In this document: one piece after another, positions 17,529 through 31,307 of the stretch
Layout of the letters: every line of letters begins with the position of its first letter
How positions within the stretch are numbered: position 1 is the first letter of the stretch
Notes under the pieces: generated by a model
Told to the model about the DNA's origin: nothing
Databases searched by the model: none
What the model saw: only the letters and a program-made list of their open reading frames with translations
Program-made: the position numbers and the translations under genes
Virus record (IMG/VR): IMGVR_UViG_2563366825_000016
Strand: one strand, 5' to 3'
From: a virus
Taxonomy: Duplodnaviria > Heunggongvirae > Uroviricota > Caudoviricetes
DNA: 35,712 nt

Positions 17529-18278
17529 ATGATGAATCATCTTTACGAACAACTGACCGCACTTAAACTCACCGGCTTCCGTGATGCGCTTAAAAAGCAA
17601 CTTGCTCAGCCGGGCACATACCAGGAGCTGGGCTTCGAAGAACGCCTGTCATTACTGACAGCAGAAGAACTACCCTGCCGTGAAAACAGGAAGGCAGAGC
17701 GTCTGATCAAACATGCACGGTTCAGACTTAATGCTGAGTTATCAAAGCTGGATTATCGTAACAATAGAGGGCTGGACAGGGCCCTCATCCGTTCACTCAG
17801 TCAGGGAAACTGGTTAACCCTGAAACAAAATATTTTACTGACCGGGGCCACCGGCAGCGGTAAAACGTTCCTGGCATGTGCACTTGGTCATAATGCCTGC
17901 CGACAGGGATACAAGGTCTACTATTATCGCCTTAAAGCGCTGATGGAACAGTGCTATCAGGGGCATGCTGATGGAAGATACAGCAAACTTTTGACCAGGC
18001 TGAATAATAGCGATCTGCTGCTTCTGGATGACTGGGGGCTGGAACCTCTCTCATCAGAACAGCGTAGCGACCTGCTGGAAATAGTGGATCTGATGTACCA
18101 ACGAGGCTCAATCATCGTAGTGAGCCAGTTGCCGGTGGAAAACTGGTACAAAATGATCGGAGACTCCACACATGCGGATGCCATCCTAGATCGACTGGTT
18201 CATGGCAGTATCAAGATCGAACTTAAAGGAGAATCAATGCGGAAAATACAATCTCCGTTGACCGAAGGAGATCAGTGA
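17529..18278 (+). CDS. istB: IS21-family ATP-binding helper IstB (249 aa)
   Basis: Walker A motif GATGSGKT and Walker B LLLLDDWG; DnaC-like AAA+ protein immediately downstream of istA. Confidence 0.93.
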   Translation: MMNHLYEQLTALKLTGFRDALKKQLAQPGTYQELGFEERLSLLTAEELPCRENRKAERLIKHARFRLNAELSKLDYRNNRGLDRALIRSLSQGNWLTLKQNILLTGATGSGKTFLACALGHNACRQGYKVYYYRLKALMEQCYQGHADGRYSKLLTRLNNSDLLLLDDWGLEPLSSEQRSDLLEIVDLMYQRGSIIVVSQLPVENWYKMIGDSTHADAILDRLVHGSIKIELKGESMRKIQSPLTEGDQ

Positions 18279-18480
18279 AGGTAATTTAAAAACGGTTCTG
18301 TGAAAGTGACACGAACCGATCTCCATCGATGTTACTCACCGATCTCCTTCACGGTAATACGCACTCACAGTGGGCGGCAATTGGAGTGCTGGGTAGCCTG
18401 GTATTTGGCCTGCTGACGTACCTGACAAACCTTTATTTCAAGATTAAAGAAGATAAGCGTAAGGCTGCGAGAGGTGAATA

Positions 18481-18978
18481 ATGTCGCCATCATTACGCAA
18501 GGCTGTAGCAGCTGCTATTGGTGGTGGGGCTGTTGCCATAGCGTCTGTGCTCATCACTGGTCCGAGTGGTGACGATGGTCTGGAAGGTGTCAGCTACATA
18601 CCATATAAAGATATTGTTGGTGTATGGACTGTATGTCACGGGCATACAGGAAAAGACATCATGCTCGGTAAAACGTATACCAAAGCAGAATGCAAAGCAC
18701 TCTTGAATAAAGACCTTGCCACTGTCGCCAGACAAATTAACCCGTACATCAAAGTCGATATACCGGAAACAACGCGCGGCGCTCTTTACTCATTCGTTTA
18801 CAACGTGGGTGCTGGCAATTTCAGAACATCGACGCTTCTTCGCAAAATAAACCAGGGCGATATCAAAGGCGCATGTGATCAGCTACGTCGCTGGACATAT
18901 GCTGGCGGTAAGCAATGGAAAGGTCTCATGACTCGTCGTGAGATTGAGCGTGAAATCTGTTTGTGGGGTCAGCAATGA
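18481..18978 (+). CDS. rrrD: SAR endolysin (T4-lysozyme-like muramidase, phage-21 R type), 165 aa
   Basis: N-terminal signal-arrest-release segment [18 protein letters not shown] and catalytic E...D...T arrangement ([22 protein letters not shown]); matches my recollection of DLP12 RrrD / P21 R. Confidence 0.93.
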   Translation: MSPSLRKAVAAAIGGGAVAIASVLITGPSGDDGLEGVSYIPYKDIVGVWTVCHGHTGKDIMLGKTYTKAECKALLNKDLATVARQINPYIKVDIPETTRGALYSFVYNVGAGNFRTSTLLRKINQGDIKGACDQLRRWTYAGGKQWKGLMTRREIEREICLWGQQ

Positions 18979-19436
18979 ACAGAGTAACCGCGATTATCTC
19001 CGCTCTGGTTATCTGCATCATCGTCTGCCTGTCATGGGCTGTTAATCATTACCGTGATAACGCCATTACCTACAAAGCCCAGCGCGACAAAAATGTCAGA
19101 GAACTGAAGCTGGCGAACGCGGCAATTACTGACATGCAGATGCGTCAGCGTGATGTTGCTGCGCTCGATGCAAAATACACGAAGGAGTTAGCTGATGCGA
19201 AAGCTGAAAATGATGCTCTGCGTGATGATGTTGCCGCTGGTCGTCGTCGGTTGCACATCAAAGCAGTCTGTCAGTCAGTGCGTGAAGCCACCACCGCCTC
19301 CGGCGTGGATAATGCAGCCTCCCCCCGACTGGCAGACACCGCTGAACGGGATTATTTCACCCTCAGAGAGAGGCTGATCACTATGCAAAAACAACTGGAA
19401 GGAACCCAGAAGTATATTAATGAGCAGTGCAGATAG
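18975..19436 (+). CDS. Rz: Inner-membrane spanin Rz (153 aa)
   Basis: N-terminal TM segment, coiled-coil body; ATG overlaps the endolysin stop; matches lambda Rz. Confidence 0.9.
   Translation: MNRVTAIISALVICIIVCLSWAVNHYRDNAITYKAQRDKNVRELKLANAAITDMQMRQRDVAALDAKYTKELADAKAENDALRDDVAAGRRRLHIKAVCQSVREATTASGVDNAASPRLADTAERDYFTLRERLITMQKQLEGTQKYINEQCR
19195..19377 (+). CDS. Rz1: Outer-membrane lipoprotein spanin Rz1 (60 aa), embedded in Rz in the +1 frame
   Basis: Lipobox VVGC and proline-rich PPPPPAW...PPPDW; wholly nested in Rz as in lambda. Confidence 0.85.
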   Translation: MRKLKMMLCVMMLPLVVVGCTSKQSVSQCVKPPPPPAWIMQPPPDWQTPLNGIISPSERG

Positions 19437-19467
19437 AGTTGCCCATATCGATGGGCAACTCATGCAA

Positions 19468-19761
19468 TTATTGTGAGCAATACACACGCGCTTCCAGCGG
19501 AGTATAAATGCCTAAAGTAATAAAACCGAGCAATCCATTTACGAATGTTTGCTGGGTTTCTGTTTTAACAACATTTTCTGCGCCGCCACAAATTTTGGCT
19601 GCATCGACAGTTTTCTTCTGCCCAATTCCAGAAACGAAGAAATGATGAGTGATGGTTTCCTTTGGTGCTACTGCTGCCGGTTTGTTTTGAACAGTAAACG
19701 TCTGTTGAGCACATCCTGTAATAAGCAGGGCCAGCGCAGTAGCGAGTAGCATTTTTTTCAT
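19468..19761 (-). CDS. bor: Bor lipoprotein (serum-resistance-associated), 97 aa
   Basis: MKKMLLATALALLITGCAQQTFTVQNKPAAVAPKETITHHFFVSGIGQKK... matches lambda Bor; lipobox ITGC. Confidence 0.95.
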   Translation of the reverse strand: MKKMLLATALALLITGCAQQTFTVQNKPAAVAPKETITHHFFVSGIGQKKTVDAAKICGGAENVVKTETQQTFVNGLLGFITLGIYTPLEARVYCSQ

Positions 19762-20051
19762 GGTGTTATTCCCGATGCTTTTTGAAGTTCGCAGAATCGT
19801 ATGTGTAGAAAATTAAACAAACCCTAAACAATGAGTTGAAATTTCATATTGTTAATATTTATTAATGTATGTCAGGTGCGATGAATCGTCATTGTATTCC
19901 CGGATTAACTATGTCCACAGCCCTGACGGGGAACTTCTCTGCGGGAGTGTCCGGGAATAATTAAAAACGATGCACACAGGGTTTAGCGCGTACACGTATT
20001 GCATTATGCCAACGCCCCGGTGCTGACACGGAAGAAACCGGACGTTATGAT

Positions 20052-20585
20052 TTAGCGTGGAAAGATTTGTGTAGTGTTCTGAATGCTCTCAGTAAATAGT
20101 AATGAATTATCAAAGGTATAGTAATATCTTTTATGTTCATGGATATTTGTAACCCATCGGAAAACTCCTGCTTTAGCAAGATTTTCCCTGTATTGCTGAA
20201 ATGTGATTTCTCTTGATTTCAACCTATCATAGGACGTTTCTATAAGATGCGTGTTTCTTGAGAATTTAACATTTACAACCTTTTTAAGTCCTTTTATTAA
20301 CACAGTGTTATCGTTTTCTAACACGATGTGAATATTATCTGTGGCTAGATAGTAAATATAATGTGAGACGTTGTGACGTTTTAGTTCAGAATAAAACAAT
20401 TCACAGTTTAAATCTTTTCGCACTTGATCGAATATTTCTTTAAAAATGGCAACCTGAGCCATTGGTAAAACCTTCCATGTGATACGAGGGCGCGTAGTTT
20501 GCATTATCGTTTTTATCGTTTCAATCTGGTCTGACCTCTTTGTGTTTTGTTGATGATTTATGTCAAATATTAGGAATGTTTTCAC
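20052..20585 (-). CDS. ybcV: YbcV-like DUF1398 protein (start uncertain; the known protein may begin at an internal Met)
   Basis: Sequence ...[47 protein letters not shown]... matches my recollection of DLP12 YbcV; AT-rich. Confidence 0.65.
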   Translation of the reverse strand: MKTFLIFDINHQQNTKRSDQIETIKTIMQTTRPRITWKVLPMAQVAIFKEIFDQVRKDLNCELFYSELKRHNVSHYIYYLATDNIHIVLENDNTVLIKGLKKVVNVKFSRNTHLIETSYDRLKSREITFQQYRENLAKAGVFRWVTNIHEHKRYYYTFDNSLLFTESIQNTTQIFPR

Positions 20586-20747
20586 TTAATAGTATTGGTT
20601 GCGTAACAAAGTGCGGTCCTGCTGGCATTCTGGAGGGAAATACAACCGACAGATGTATGTAAGGCCAACGTGCTCAAATCTTCATACAGAAAGATTTGAA
20701 GTAATATTTTAACCGCTAGATGAAGAGCAAGCGCATGGAGCGACAAA

Positions 20748-20954
20748 ATGAATAAAGAACAATCTGCTGATGATCCCTCCGTGGATCTGATTCGTGTAAA
20801 AAATATGCTTAATAGCACCATTTCTATGAGTTACCCTGATGTTGTAATTGCATGTATAGAACATCAAGTATCTCTGGAAGCATTCAGGGCAATTGAGGCC
20901 GCGTTAGTAAAGCACGATAAGAATACGAAGGATTATTCCCTGTTGGTTGACTGA
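20748..20954 (+). CDS. ybcW: YbcW-like small protein (68 aa)
   Basis: [42 protein letters not shown]... matches my recollection of DLP12 YbcW. Confidence 0.6.
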   Translation: MNKEQSADDPSVDLIRVKNMLNSTISMSYPDVVIACIEHQVSLEAFRAIEAALVKHDKNTKDYSLLVD

Positions 20955-21204
20955 TCACCATAACTGCTAACCATTCTGACCATTTCACAAGTGACAGAGT
21001 CAATATCGTATTCTGTCACTGTCAGGCTAATACAGTACTGCAATTCAACTACAGCAATGCCTCGTATTTAGGTGAATTTACAATATCGTTCTATTCGGAT
21101 ACCAACTGCATTTCTGAAGATAAGGCATTTATGGCTCACATATTGGTCCCTCACGCTCGCCAGTTCTGTGCGGGGAGGGAGGGAAGGTAAAGAAACCGGG
21201 ATGT

Positions 21205-21399
21205 TCATCCATCATCACTCTGGATTGATGTATATGCTCTCTTTTCTGACGTTAGTCTCCGACGGCAGGCTTCAATGACCCAGGCTGAGAAATTCCCGGA
21301 CCCTTTTTGCTCAAGAGCGATGTTAATTTGTTCAATCATTTGGTTAGGAAAGCGGATGTTGCGGGTTGTTGTTCTGCGGGTTCTGTTCTTCGTTGACAT
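21205..21399 (-). CDS. ylcI: YlcI-like DUF3950 small protein (64 aa)
   Basis: ORF MSTKNRTRRTTTRNIRFPNQMIEQINIALEQKGSGNFSAWVIEACRRRL..., ribbon-helix-helix-like; matches my recollection of DLP12 YlcI. Confidence 0.6.
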   Translation of the reverse strand: MSTKNRTRRTTTRNIRFPNQMIEQINIALEQKGSGNFSAWVIEACRRRLTSEKRAYTSIQSDDG

Positions 21400-21559
21400 G
21401 AGGTTGCCCCGTATTCAGTGTCGCTGATTTGTATTGTCTGAAGTTGTTTTTACGTTAAGTTGATGCAGATCAATTAATACGATACCTGCGTCATAATTGA
21501 TTATTTGACGTGGTTTGATGGCGTAGATGCACGTTGTGACATGTAGATGATAATTATTA

Positions 21560-21787
21560 TCATTTTGCGGGTCCTTTCCGGCGATCCGACAGGTTACGGG
21601 GCGGCGACCTCGCGGGTTTTCGCTATTTATGAAAATTTTCCGGTTTAAGGCGTTTCCGTTCTTCTTCGTCATAACTTAATGTTTTTATTTAAAATACCCT
21701 CTGAAAAGAAAGGAAACGACAGGTGCTGAAAGCGAGCTTTTTGGCCTCTGTCGTTTCCTTTCTCTGTTTTTGTCCGTGGAATGAACA
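21560..21787 (+). other. cos: cos site (cosQ-cosN-cosB); 12-nt cohesive-end sequence GGGCGGCGACCT at 21598-21609
   Basis: Sequence ...CGACAGGTTACG|GGGCGGCGACCTCGCGGGTTTTCGCTATTTATGAAAATTTTCCGGTTTAAGGCG... matches the lambda cos junction as I recall it; Nu1 begins 190 bp after the cohesive-end start, as in lambda. Confidence 0.9.
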
Positions 21788-22307
21788 ATGGAAGTCAACA
21801 AAAAGCAGCTGGCTGACATTTTCGGTGCGAGTATCCGTACCATTCAGAACTGGCAGGAACAGGGAATGCCCGTTCTGCGAGGCGGTGGCAAGGGTAATGA
21901 GGTGCTTTATGACTCTGCCGCCGTCATAAAATGGTATGCCGAAAGGGATGCTGAAATTGAGAACGAAAAGCTGCGCCGGGAAGTTGAAGAACTGCGGCAG
22001 GCCAGCGAGACAGATCTCCAGCCAGGGACTATTGAGTACGAACGCCATCGACTTACGCGTGCGCAGGCCGACGCACAGGAGCTGAAAAATGCCAGAGACT
22101 CCGCTGAAGTGGTGGAAACCGCATTCTGTACTTTCGTGCTGTCGCGGATCGCAGGTGAAATTGCCAGTATTCTCGACGGGATCCCCCTGTCGGTGCAGCG
22201 GCGTTTTCCGGAACTGGAAAACCGACATGTTGATTTCCTGAAACGGGATATCATCAAAGCCATGAACAAAGCAGCCGCGCTGGATGAACTGATACCGGGG
22301 TTGCTGA

Positions 22308-22333
<26 letters not shown>
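21788..22333 (+). CDS. nu1: Terminase small subunit Nu1 (181 aa)
   Basis: MEVNKKQLADIFGASIRTIQNWQEQGMPVLRGGGKGNEVLYDSAAVIKWY... matches lambda Nu1 (winged HTH). Confidence 0.96.
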
Positions 22334-26014
<3,681 letters not shown>

Positions 26015-26034
<20 letters not shown>

Positions 26035-27334
26035 TCTCCCGCATATTGCCAGCATGGCTTTTAATGAGCCGCTGATGCTTGAACCCGCCTATGCGCGGGT
26101 TTTCTTTTGTGCGCTTGCAGGCCAGCTTGGGATCAGCCGCCTGACGGATGCAGTATCCGGCGACAGCCTGACTGCCGGAGAGGCACCCGCGGCGCTGGCG
26201 TTATCCGGTGATGATGACGGACCACGACAGGCCCGCAGTTATCAGGTCATGAACGGCATCGCCGTGCTGCCGGTGTCCGGTACGCTGGTCAGCCGGACGC
26301 GGGCGCTGCAGCCGTATTCGGGAATGACCGGTTACAACGGCATTATCGCCCGTCTGCAACAGGCTGCCAGCGATCCGATGGTGGACGGCATTCTGCTCGA
26401 TATGGACACGCCCGGCGGGATGGTGGCGGGGGCATTTGACTGCGCTGACATCATCGCCCGTGTGCGTGACATAAAACCGGTATGGGCGCTGGCCAACGAC
26501 ATGAACTGCAGTGCAGGTCAGCTGCTTGCCAGTGCCGCCTCCCGGCGTCTGGTCACGCAGACCGCCCGGACAGGCTCCATCGGCGTCATGATGGCTCACA
26601 GTAATTACGGTGCTGCGCTGGAGAAACAGGGTGTGGAAATCACTCTGATTTACAGCGGCAGCCATAAGGTGGATGGCAACCCCTACAGCCATCTTCCGGA
26701 TGACGTCCGGGAGACACTGCAGTCCCGGATGGACGCAACCCGCCAGATGTTTGCGCAGAAGGTGTCGGCATATACCGGCCTGTCCGTGCAGGCTGTGCTG
26801 GATACCGAGGCTGCAGTGTACAGCGGTCAGGAGGCCATTGATGCCGGACTGGCTGATGAACTTGTTAACAGCACCGATGCGATCACCGTCATGCGTGATG
26901 CACTGGATGCACGTAAATCCCGTCTCTCAGGAGGGCGAATGACCAAAGAGACTCAATCAACAACTGTTTCAGCCACTGCTTCGCAGGCTGACGTTACTGA
27001 CGTGGTGCCAGCGACGGAGGGCGAAAACGCCAGCGCGGCGCAGCCGGACGTGAACGCGCAGATCACCGCAGCGGTTGCGGCAGAAAACAGCCGCATTATG
27101 GGGATCCTCAACTGTGAGGAGGCTCACGGACGCGAAGAACAGGCACGCGTGCTGGCAGAAACCCCCGGTATGACCGTGGAAACGGCCCGCCGCATTCTGG
27201 CCGCAGCACCACAGAGTGCACAGGCGCGCAGTGACACTGCGCTGGATCGTCTGATGCAGGGGGCACCGGCACCGCTGGCTGCAGGTAACCCGGCATCTGA
27301 TGCCGTTAACGATTTGCTGAACACACCAGTGTAA
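26015..27334 (+). CDS. C: Head maturation protease C (439 aa), GTG start
   Basis: VTAALRNLPHIASMAFNEPLMLEPAYARVF... matches lambda gpC; GGAGGAG RBS upstream of the GTG at 26015; the track ORF from 25880 is an upstream in-frame extension. Confidence 0.9.
26729..27334 (+). CDS. nu3: Scaffolding protein Nu3 (in-frame internal start within C)
   Basis: ATG at 26729 (MDATRQMFAQKV...) in the C frame, 606 bp before the shared stop, as in lambda where Nu3 is the C-terminal portion of C. Confidence 0.75.
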   Translation: MDATRQMFAQKVSAYTGLSVQAVLDTEAAVYSGQEAIDAGLADELVNSTDAITVMRDALDARKSRLSGGRMTKETQSTTVSATASQADVTDVVPATEGENASAAQPDVNAQITAAVAAENSRIMGILNCEEAHGREEQARVLAETPGMTVETARRILAAAPQSAQARSDTALDRLMQGAPAPLAAGNPASDAVNDLLNTPV

Positions 27335-27343
27335 GGGATGTTT

Positions 27344-27676
27344 ATGACGAGCAAAGAAACCTTTACCCATTACCAGCCGCTGGGCAACAGTGACCCGGCT
27401 CATACCGCAACCGCGCCCGGCGGATTGAGTGCGAAAGCGCCTGCAATGACCCCGCTGATGCTGGACACCTCCAGCCGTAAGCTGGTTGCGTGGGATGGCA
27501 CCACCGACGGTGCTGCCGTTGGCATTCTTGCGGTTGCTGCTGACCAGACCAGCACCACGCTGACGTTCTACAAGTCCGGCACGTTCCGTTATGAGGATGT
27601 GCTCTGGCCGGAGGCTGCCAGCGACGAGACGAAAAAACGGACCGCGTTTGCCGGAACGGCAATCAGCATCGTTTAA
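27344..27676 (+). CDS. D: Head decoration protein D (110 aa)
   Basis: [40 protein letters not shown]... matches lambda gpD. Confidence 0.95.
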   Translation: MTSKETFTHYQPLGNSDPAHTATAPGGLSAKAPAMTPLMLDTSSRKLVAWDGTTDGAAVGILAVAADQTSTTLTFYKSGTFRYEDVLWPEAASDETKKRTAFAGTAISIV

Positions 27677-27731
27677 CTTTACCCTTCATCACTAAAGGCC
27701 GCCTGTGCGGCTTTTTTTACGGGATTTTTTT

Positions 27732-28757
27732 ATGTCGATGTACACAACCGCCCAGCTGCTGGCGGCAAATGAGCAGAAATTTAAGTTTGATCCGCTGTTT
27801 CTGCGTCTCTTTTTCCGTGAGAGCTATCCCTTCACCACGGAGAAAGTCTATCTCTCACAAATTCCGGGACTGGTAAACATGGCGCTGTACGTTTCGCCGA
27901 TTGTTTCCGGTGAGGTTATCCGTTCCCGTGGCGGCTCCACCTCTGAATTTACGCCGGGATATGTCAAGCCGAAGCATGAAGTGAATCCGCAGATGACCCT
28001 GCGTCGCCTGCCGGATGAAGATCCGCAGAATCTGGCGGACCCGGCTTACCGCCGCCGTCGCATCATCATGCAGAACATGCGTGACGAAGAGCTGGCCATT
28101 GCTCAGGTCGAAGAGATGCAGGCAGTTTCTGCCGTGCTTAAGGGCAAATACACCATGACCGGTGAAGCCTTCGATCCGGTTGAGGTGGATATGGGCCGCA
28201 GTGAGGAGAATAACATCACGCAGTCCGGCGGCACGGAGTGGAGCAAGCGTGACAAGTCCACGTATGACCCGACCGACGATATCGAAGCCTACGCGCTGAA
28301 CGCCAGCGGTGTGGTGAATATCATCGTGTTCGATCCGAAAGGCTGGGCGCTGTTCCGTTCCTTCAAAGCCGTCAAGGAGAAGCTGGATACCCGTCGTGGC
28401 TCTAATTCCGAGCTGGAGACAGCGGTGAAAGACCTGGGCAAAGCGGTGTCCTATAAGGGGATGTATGGCGATGTAGCCATCGTCGTGTATTCCGGACAGT
28501 ACGTGGAAAACGGCGTCAAAAAGAACTTCCTGCCGGACAACACGATGGTGCTGGGGAACACTCAGGCACGCGGTCTGCGCACCTATGGCTGCATTCAGGA
28601 TGCGGACGCACAGCGCGAAGGCATTAACGCCTCTGCCCGTTACCCGAAAAACTGGGTGACCACCGGCGATCCGGCGCGTGAGTTCACCATGATTCAGTCA
28701 GCACCGCTGATGCTGCTGGCTGACCCTGATGAGTTCGTGTCCGTACAACTGGCGTAA
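27732..28757 (+). CDS. E: Major capsid protein E (341 aa)
   Basis: MSMYTTAQLLAANEQKFKFDPLFLRLFFRESYPFTTEKVYLSQIPGLVNM... matches lambda gpE. Confidence 0.96.
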   Translation: MSMYTTAQLLAANEQKFKFDPLFLRLFFRESYPFTTEKVYLSQIPGLVNMALYVSPIVSGEVIRSRGGSTSEFTPGYVKPKHEVNPQMTLRRLPDEDPQNLADPAYRRRRIIMQNMRDEELAIAQVEEMQAVSAVLKGKYTMTGEAFDPVEVDMGRSEENNITQSGGTEWSKRDKSTYDPTDDIEAYALNASGVVNIIVFDPKGWALFRSFKAVKEKLDTRRGSNSELETAVKDLGKAVSYKGMYGDVAIVVYSGQYVENGVKKNFLPDNTMVLGNTQARGLRTYGCIQDADAQREGINASARYPKNWVTTGDPAREFTMIQSAPLMLLADPDEFVSVQLA

Positions 28758-28798
28758 TCATGGCCCTTCGGGGCCATTGTTTCTCTGTGGAGGAGTCC

Positions 28799-29197
28799 AT
28801 GACGAAAGATGAACTGATTGCCCGTCTCCGCTCGCTGGGTGAACAACTGAACCGTGATGTCAGCCTGACGGGGACGAAAGAAGAACTGGCGCTCCGTGTG
28901 GCAGAGCTGGAAGAGGAGCTTGATGACACGGATGAAACTGCCGGTCAGGACACCCCTCTCAGCCGGGAAAATGTGCTGACCGGACATGAAAATGAGGTGG
29001 GATCAGCGCAGCCGGATACCGTGATTCTGGATACGTCTGAACTGGTCACGGTCGTGGCACTGGTGAAGCTGCATACTGATGCACTTCACGCCACGCGGGA
29101 TGAACCTGTGGCATTTGTGCTGCCGGGAACGGCGTTTCGTGTCTCTGCCGGTGTGGCAGCCGAAATGACAGAGCGCGGCCTGGCCAGAATGCAATAA
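28799..29197 (+). CDS. FI: DNA packaging protein FI (132 aa)
   Basis: MTKDELIARLRSLGEQLNRDVSLTGTKEELALRVAELEEELDD... matches lambda gpFI; GGAGGAG RBS. Confidence 0.93.
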   Translation: MTKDELIARLRSLGEQLNRDVSLTGTKEELALRVAELEEELDDTDETAGQDTPLSRENVLTGHENEVGSAQPDTVILDTSELVTVVALVKLHTDALHATRDEPVAFVLPGTAFRVSAGVAAEMTERGLARMQ

Positions 29198-29208
29198 CGG
29201 GAGGCGCT

Positions 29209-29562
29209 GTGGCTGATTTCGATAACCTGTTCGATGCTGCCATTGCCCGCGCCGATGAAACGATACGCGGGTACATGGGAACGTCAGCCACCATGACATC
29301 CGGTGAGCAGTCAGGTGCGGTGATACGTGGTGTTTTTGATGACCCTGAAAATATCAGCTATGCCGGACAGGGCGTGCGCGTTGAAGGCTCCAGCCCGTCC
29401 CTGTTTGTCCGGACTGATGAGGTGCGGCAGCTGCGGCGTGGAGACACGCTGACCATCGGTGAGGAAAATTTCTGGGTAGATCGGGTTTCGCCGGATGATG
29501 GCGGAAGTTGTCATCTCTGGCTTGGACGGGGCGTACCGCCTGCCGTTAACCGTCGCCGCTGA
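29209..29562 (+). CDS. FII: Head-tail connector protein FII (117 aa)
   Basis: MADFDNLFDAAIARADETIRGYMGTSATMTSGEQSGAVIRGVFDDPENISYAG... matches lambda gpFII. Confidence 0.95.
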   Translation: MADFDNLFDAAIARADETIRGYMGTSATMTSGEQSGAVIRGVFDDPENISYAGQGVRVEGSSPSLFVRTDEVRQLRRGDTLTIGEENFWVDRVSPDDGGSCHLWLGRGVPPAVNRRR

Positions 29563-29573
29563 AAGGGGGATGT

Positions 29574-30152
29574 ATGGCCATAAAAGGTCTTGAGCAGGCC
29601 GTTGAAAACCTCAGCCGTATCAGCAAAACGGCGGTGCCTGGTGCCGCCGCAATGGCCATTAACCGCGTTGCTTCATCCGCGATATCGCAGTCGGCGTCAC
29701 AAGTTGCCCGTGAGACAAAGGTACGCCGGAAACTGGTAAAGGAAAGGGCCAGGCTGAAAAGGGCCACGGTCAAAAATCCGCAGGCCAGAATCAAAGTTAA
29801 CCGGGGGGATTTGCCCGTAATCAAGCTGGGTAATGCGCGGGTTGTCCTTTCGCGCCGCAGGCGTCGTAAAAAGGGGCAGCGTTCATCCCTGAAAGGTGGC
29901 GGCAGCGTGCTTGTGGTGGGTAACCGTCGTATTCCCGGCGCGTTTATTCAGCAACTGAAAAATGGCCGGTGGCATGTCATGCAGCGTGTGGCCGGGAAAA
30001 ACCGTTACCCCATTGATGTGGTGAAAATCCCGATGGCGGTGCCGCTGACCACGGCGTTTAAACAAAATATTGAGCGGATACGGCGTGAACGTCTTCCGAA
30101 AGAGCTGGGCTATGCGCTGCAGCATCAACTGAGGATGGTAATAAAGCGATGA
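29574..30152 (+). CDS. Z: Tail completion protein Z (192 aa)
   Basis: Length and sequence match lambda gpZ. Confidence 0.93.
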   Translation: MAIKGLEQAVENLSRISKTAVPGAAAMAINRVASSAISQSASQVARETKVRRKLVKERARLKRATVKNPQARIKVNRGDLPVIKLGNARVVLSRRRRRKKGQRSSLKGGGSVLVVGNRRIPGAFIQQLKNGRWHVMQRVAGKNRYPIDVVKIPMAVPLTTAFKQNIERIRRERLPKELGYALQHQLRMVIKR

Positions 30153-30544
30153 AACATACTGAACTCCGTGCAGCCGTACTGGATGCACTGGAGAAGCATG
30201 ACACCGGGGCGACGTTTTTTGATGGTCGCCCCGCTGTTTTTGATGAGGCGGATTTTCCGGCAGTTGCCGTTTATCTCACCGGCGCTGAATACACGGGCGA
30301 AGAGCTGGACAGCGATACCTGGCAGGCGGAGCTGCATATCGAAGTTTTCCTGCCTGCTCAGGTGCCGGATTCAGAGCTGGATGCGTGGATGGAGTCCCGG
30401 ATTTATCCGGTGATGAGCGATATCCCGGCACTGTCAGATTTGATCACCAGTATGGTGGCCAGCGGCTATGACTACCGGCGCGACGATGATGCGGGCCTGT
30501 GGAGTTCAGCCGATCTGACTTATGTCATTACCTATGAAATGTGA
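30149..30544 (+). CDS. U: Tail terminator protein U (131 aa)
   Basis: [48 protein letters not shown]... matches lambda gpU. Confidence 0.95.
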
Positions 30545-30551
30545 GGACGCT

Positions 30552-31292
30552 ATGCCTGTACCAAATCCTACAATGCCGGTGAAAGGTGCCGGGACCACCC
30601 TGTGGGTTTATAAGGGGAGCGGTGACCCTTATGCGAATCCGCTTTCAGACGTTGACTGGTCGCGTCTGGCAAAAGTTAAAGACCTGACGCCCGGCGAACT
30701 GACCGCTGAGTCCTATGACGACAGCTATCTCGATGATGAAGATGCAGACTGGACTGCGACCGGGCAGGGGCAGAAATCTGCCGGAGATACCAGCTTCACG
30801 CTGGCGTGGATGCCCGGAGAGCAGGGGCAGCAGGCGCTGCTGGCGTGGTTTAATGAAGGCGATACCCGTGCCTATAAAATCCGCTTCCCGAACGGCACGG
30901 TCGATGTGTTCCGTGGCTGGGTCAGCAGTATCGGTAAGGCGGTGACGGCGAAGGAAGTGATCACCCGCACGGTGAAAGTCACCAATGTGGGACGTCCGTC
31001 GATGGCAGAAGATCGCAGCACGGTAACAGCGGCAACCGGCATGACCGTGACGCCTGCCAGCACCTCGGTGGTGAAAGGGCAGAGCACCACGCTGACCGTG
31101 GCCTTCCAGCCGGAGGGCGTAACCGACAAGAGCTTTCGTGCGGTGTCTGCGGATAAAACAAAAGCCACCGTGTCGGTCAGTGGTATGACCATCACCGTGA
31201 ACGGCGTTGCTGCAGGCAAGGTCAACATTCCGGTTGTATCCGGTAATGGTGAGTTTGCTGCGGTTGCAGAAATTACCGTCACCGCCAGTTAA
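30552..31292 (+). CDS. V: Major tail tube protein V (246 aa) with C-terminal Ig-like domain
   Basis: [59 protein letters not shown]... matches lambda gpV. Confidence 0.95.
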
Positions 31293-31307
31293 TCCGGAGA
31301 GTCAGCG

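Larger units (their letters stand above)
15783..18363 (+). mobile_element. IS21-family insertion sequence (about 2.58 kb) with istA-istB and a 5-bp target site duplication
   Basis: Terminal inverted repeats TGCGTATT(T/A)...GAAGGAGATC at both ends with multiple internal GAGATC-containing repeats; flanked by direct repeats CTCAC at 15778-15782 and 18364-18368; encodes istA and istB. Confidence 0.85.
15680..18481 (+). pseudogene. essD: Class II (pin)holin gene, S21/EssD-like, interrupted by an IS21-family insertion
   Basis: 5' part 15680-15782 encodes [34 protein letters not shown] (dual-start MKSM motif); 3' part 18369-18481 encodes [37 protein letters not shown] in the same frame; the joined product would be 71 aa; stop overlaps the endolysin ATG (TAATG). 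Confidence 0.85.

Noticed and set aside
21415-21672. 85-aa minus-strand ORF overlapping the cos site
   Set aside because: Overlaps cosQ/cosN/cosB, which matches the non-coding lambda cos region; spurious.
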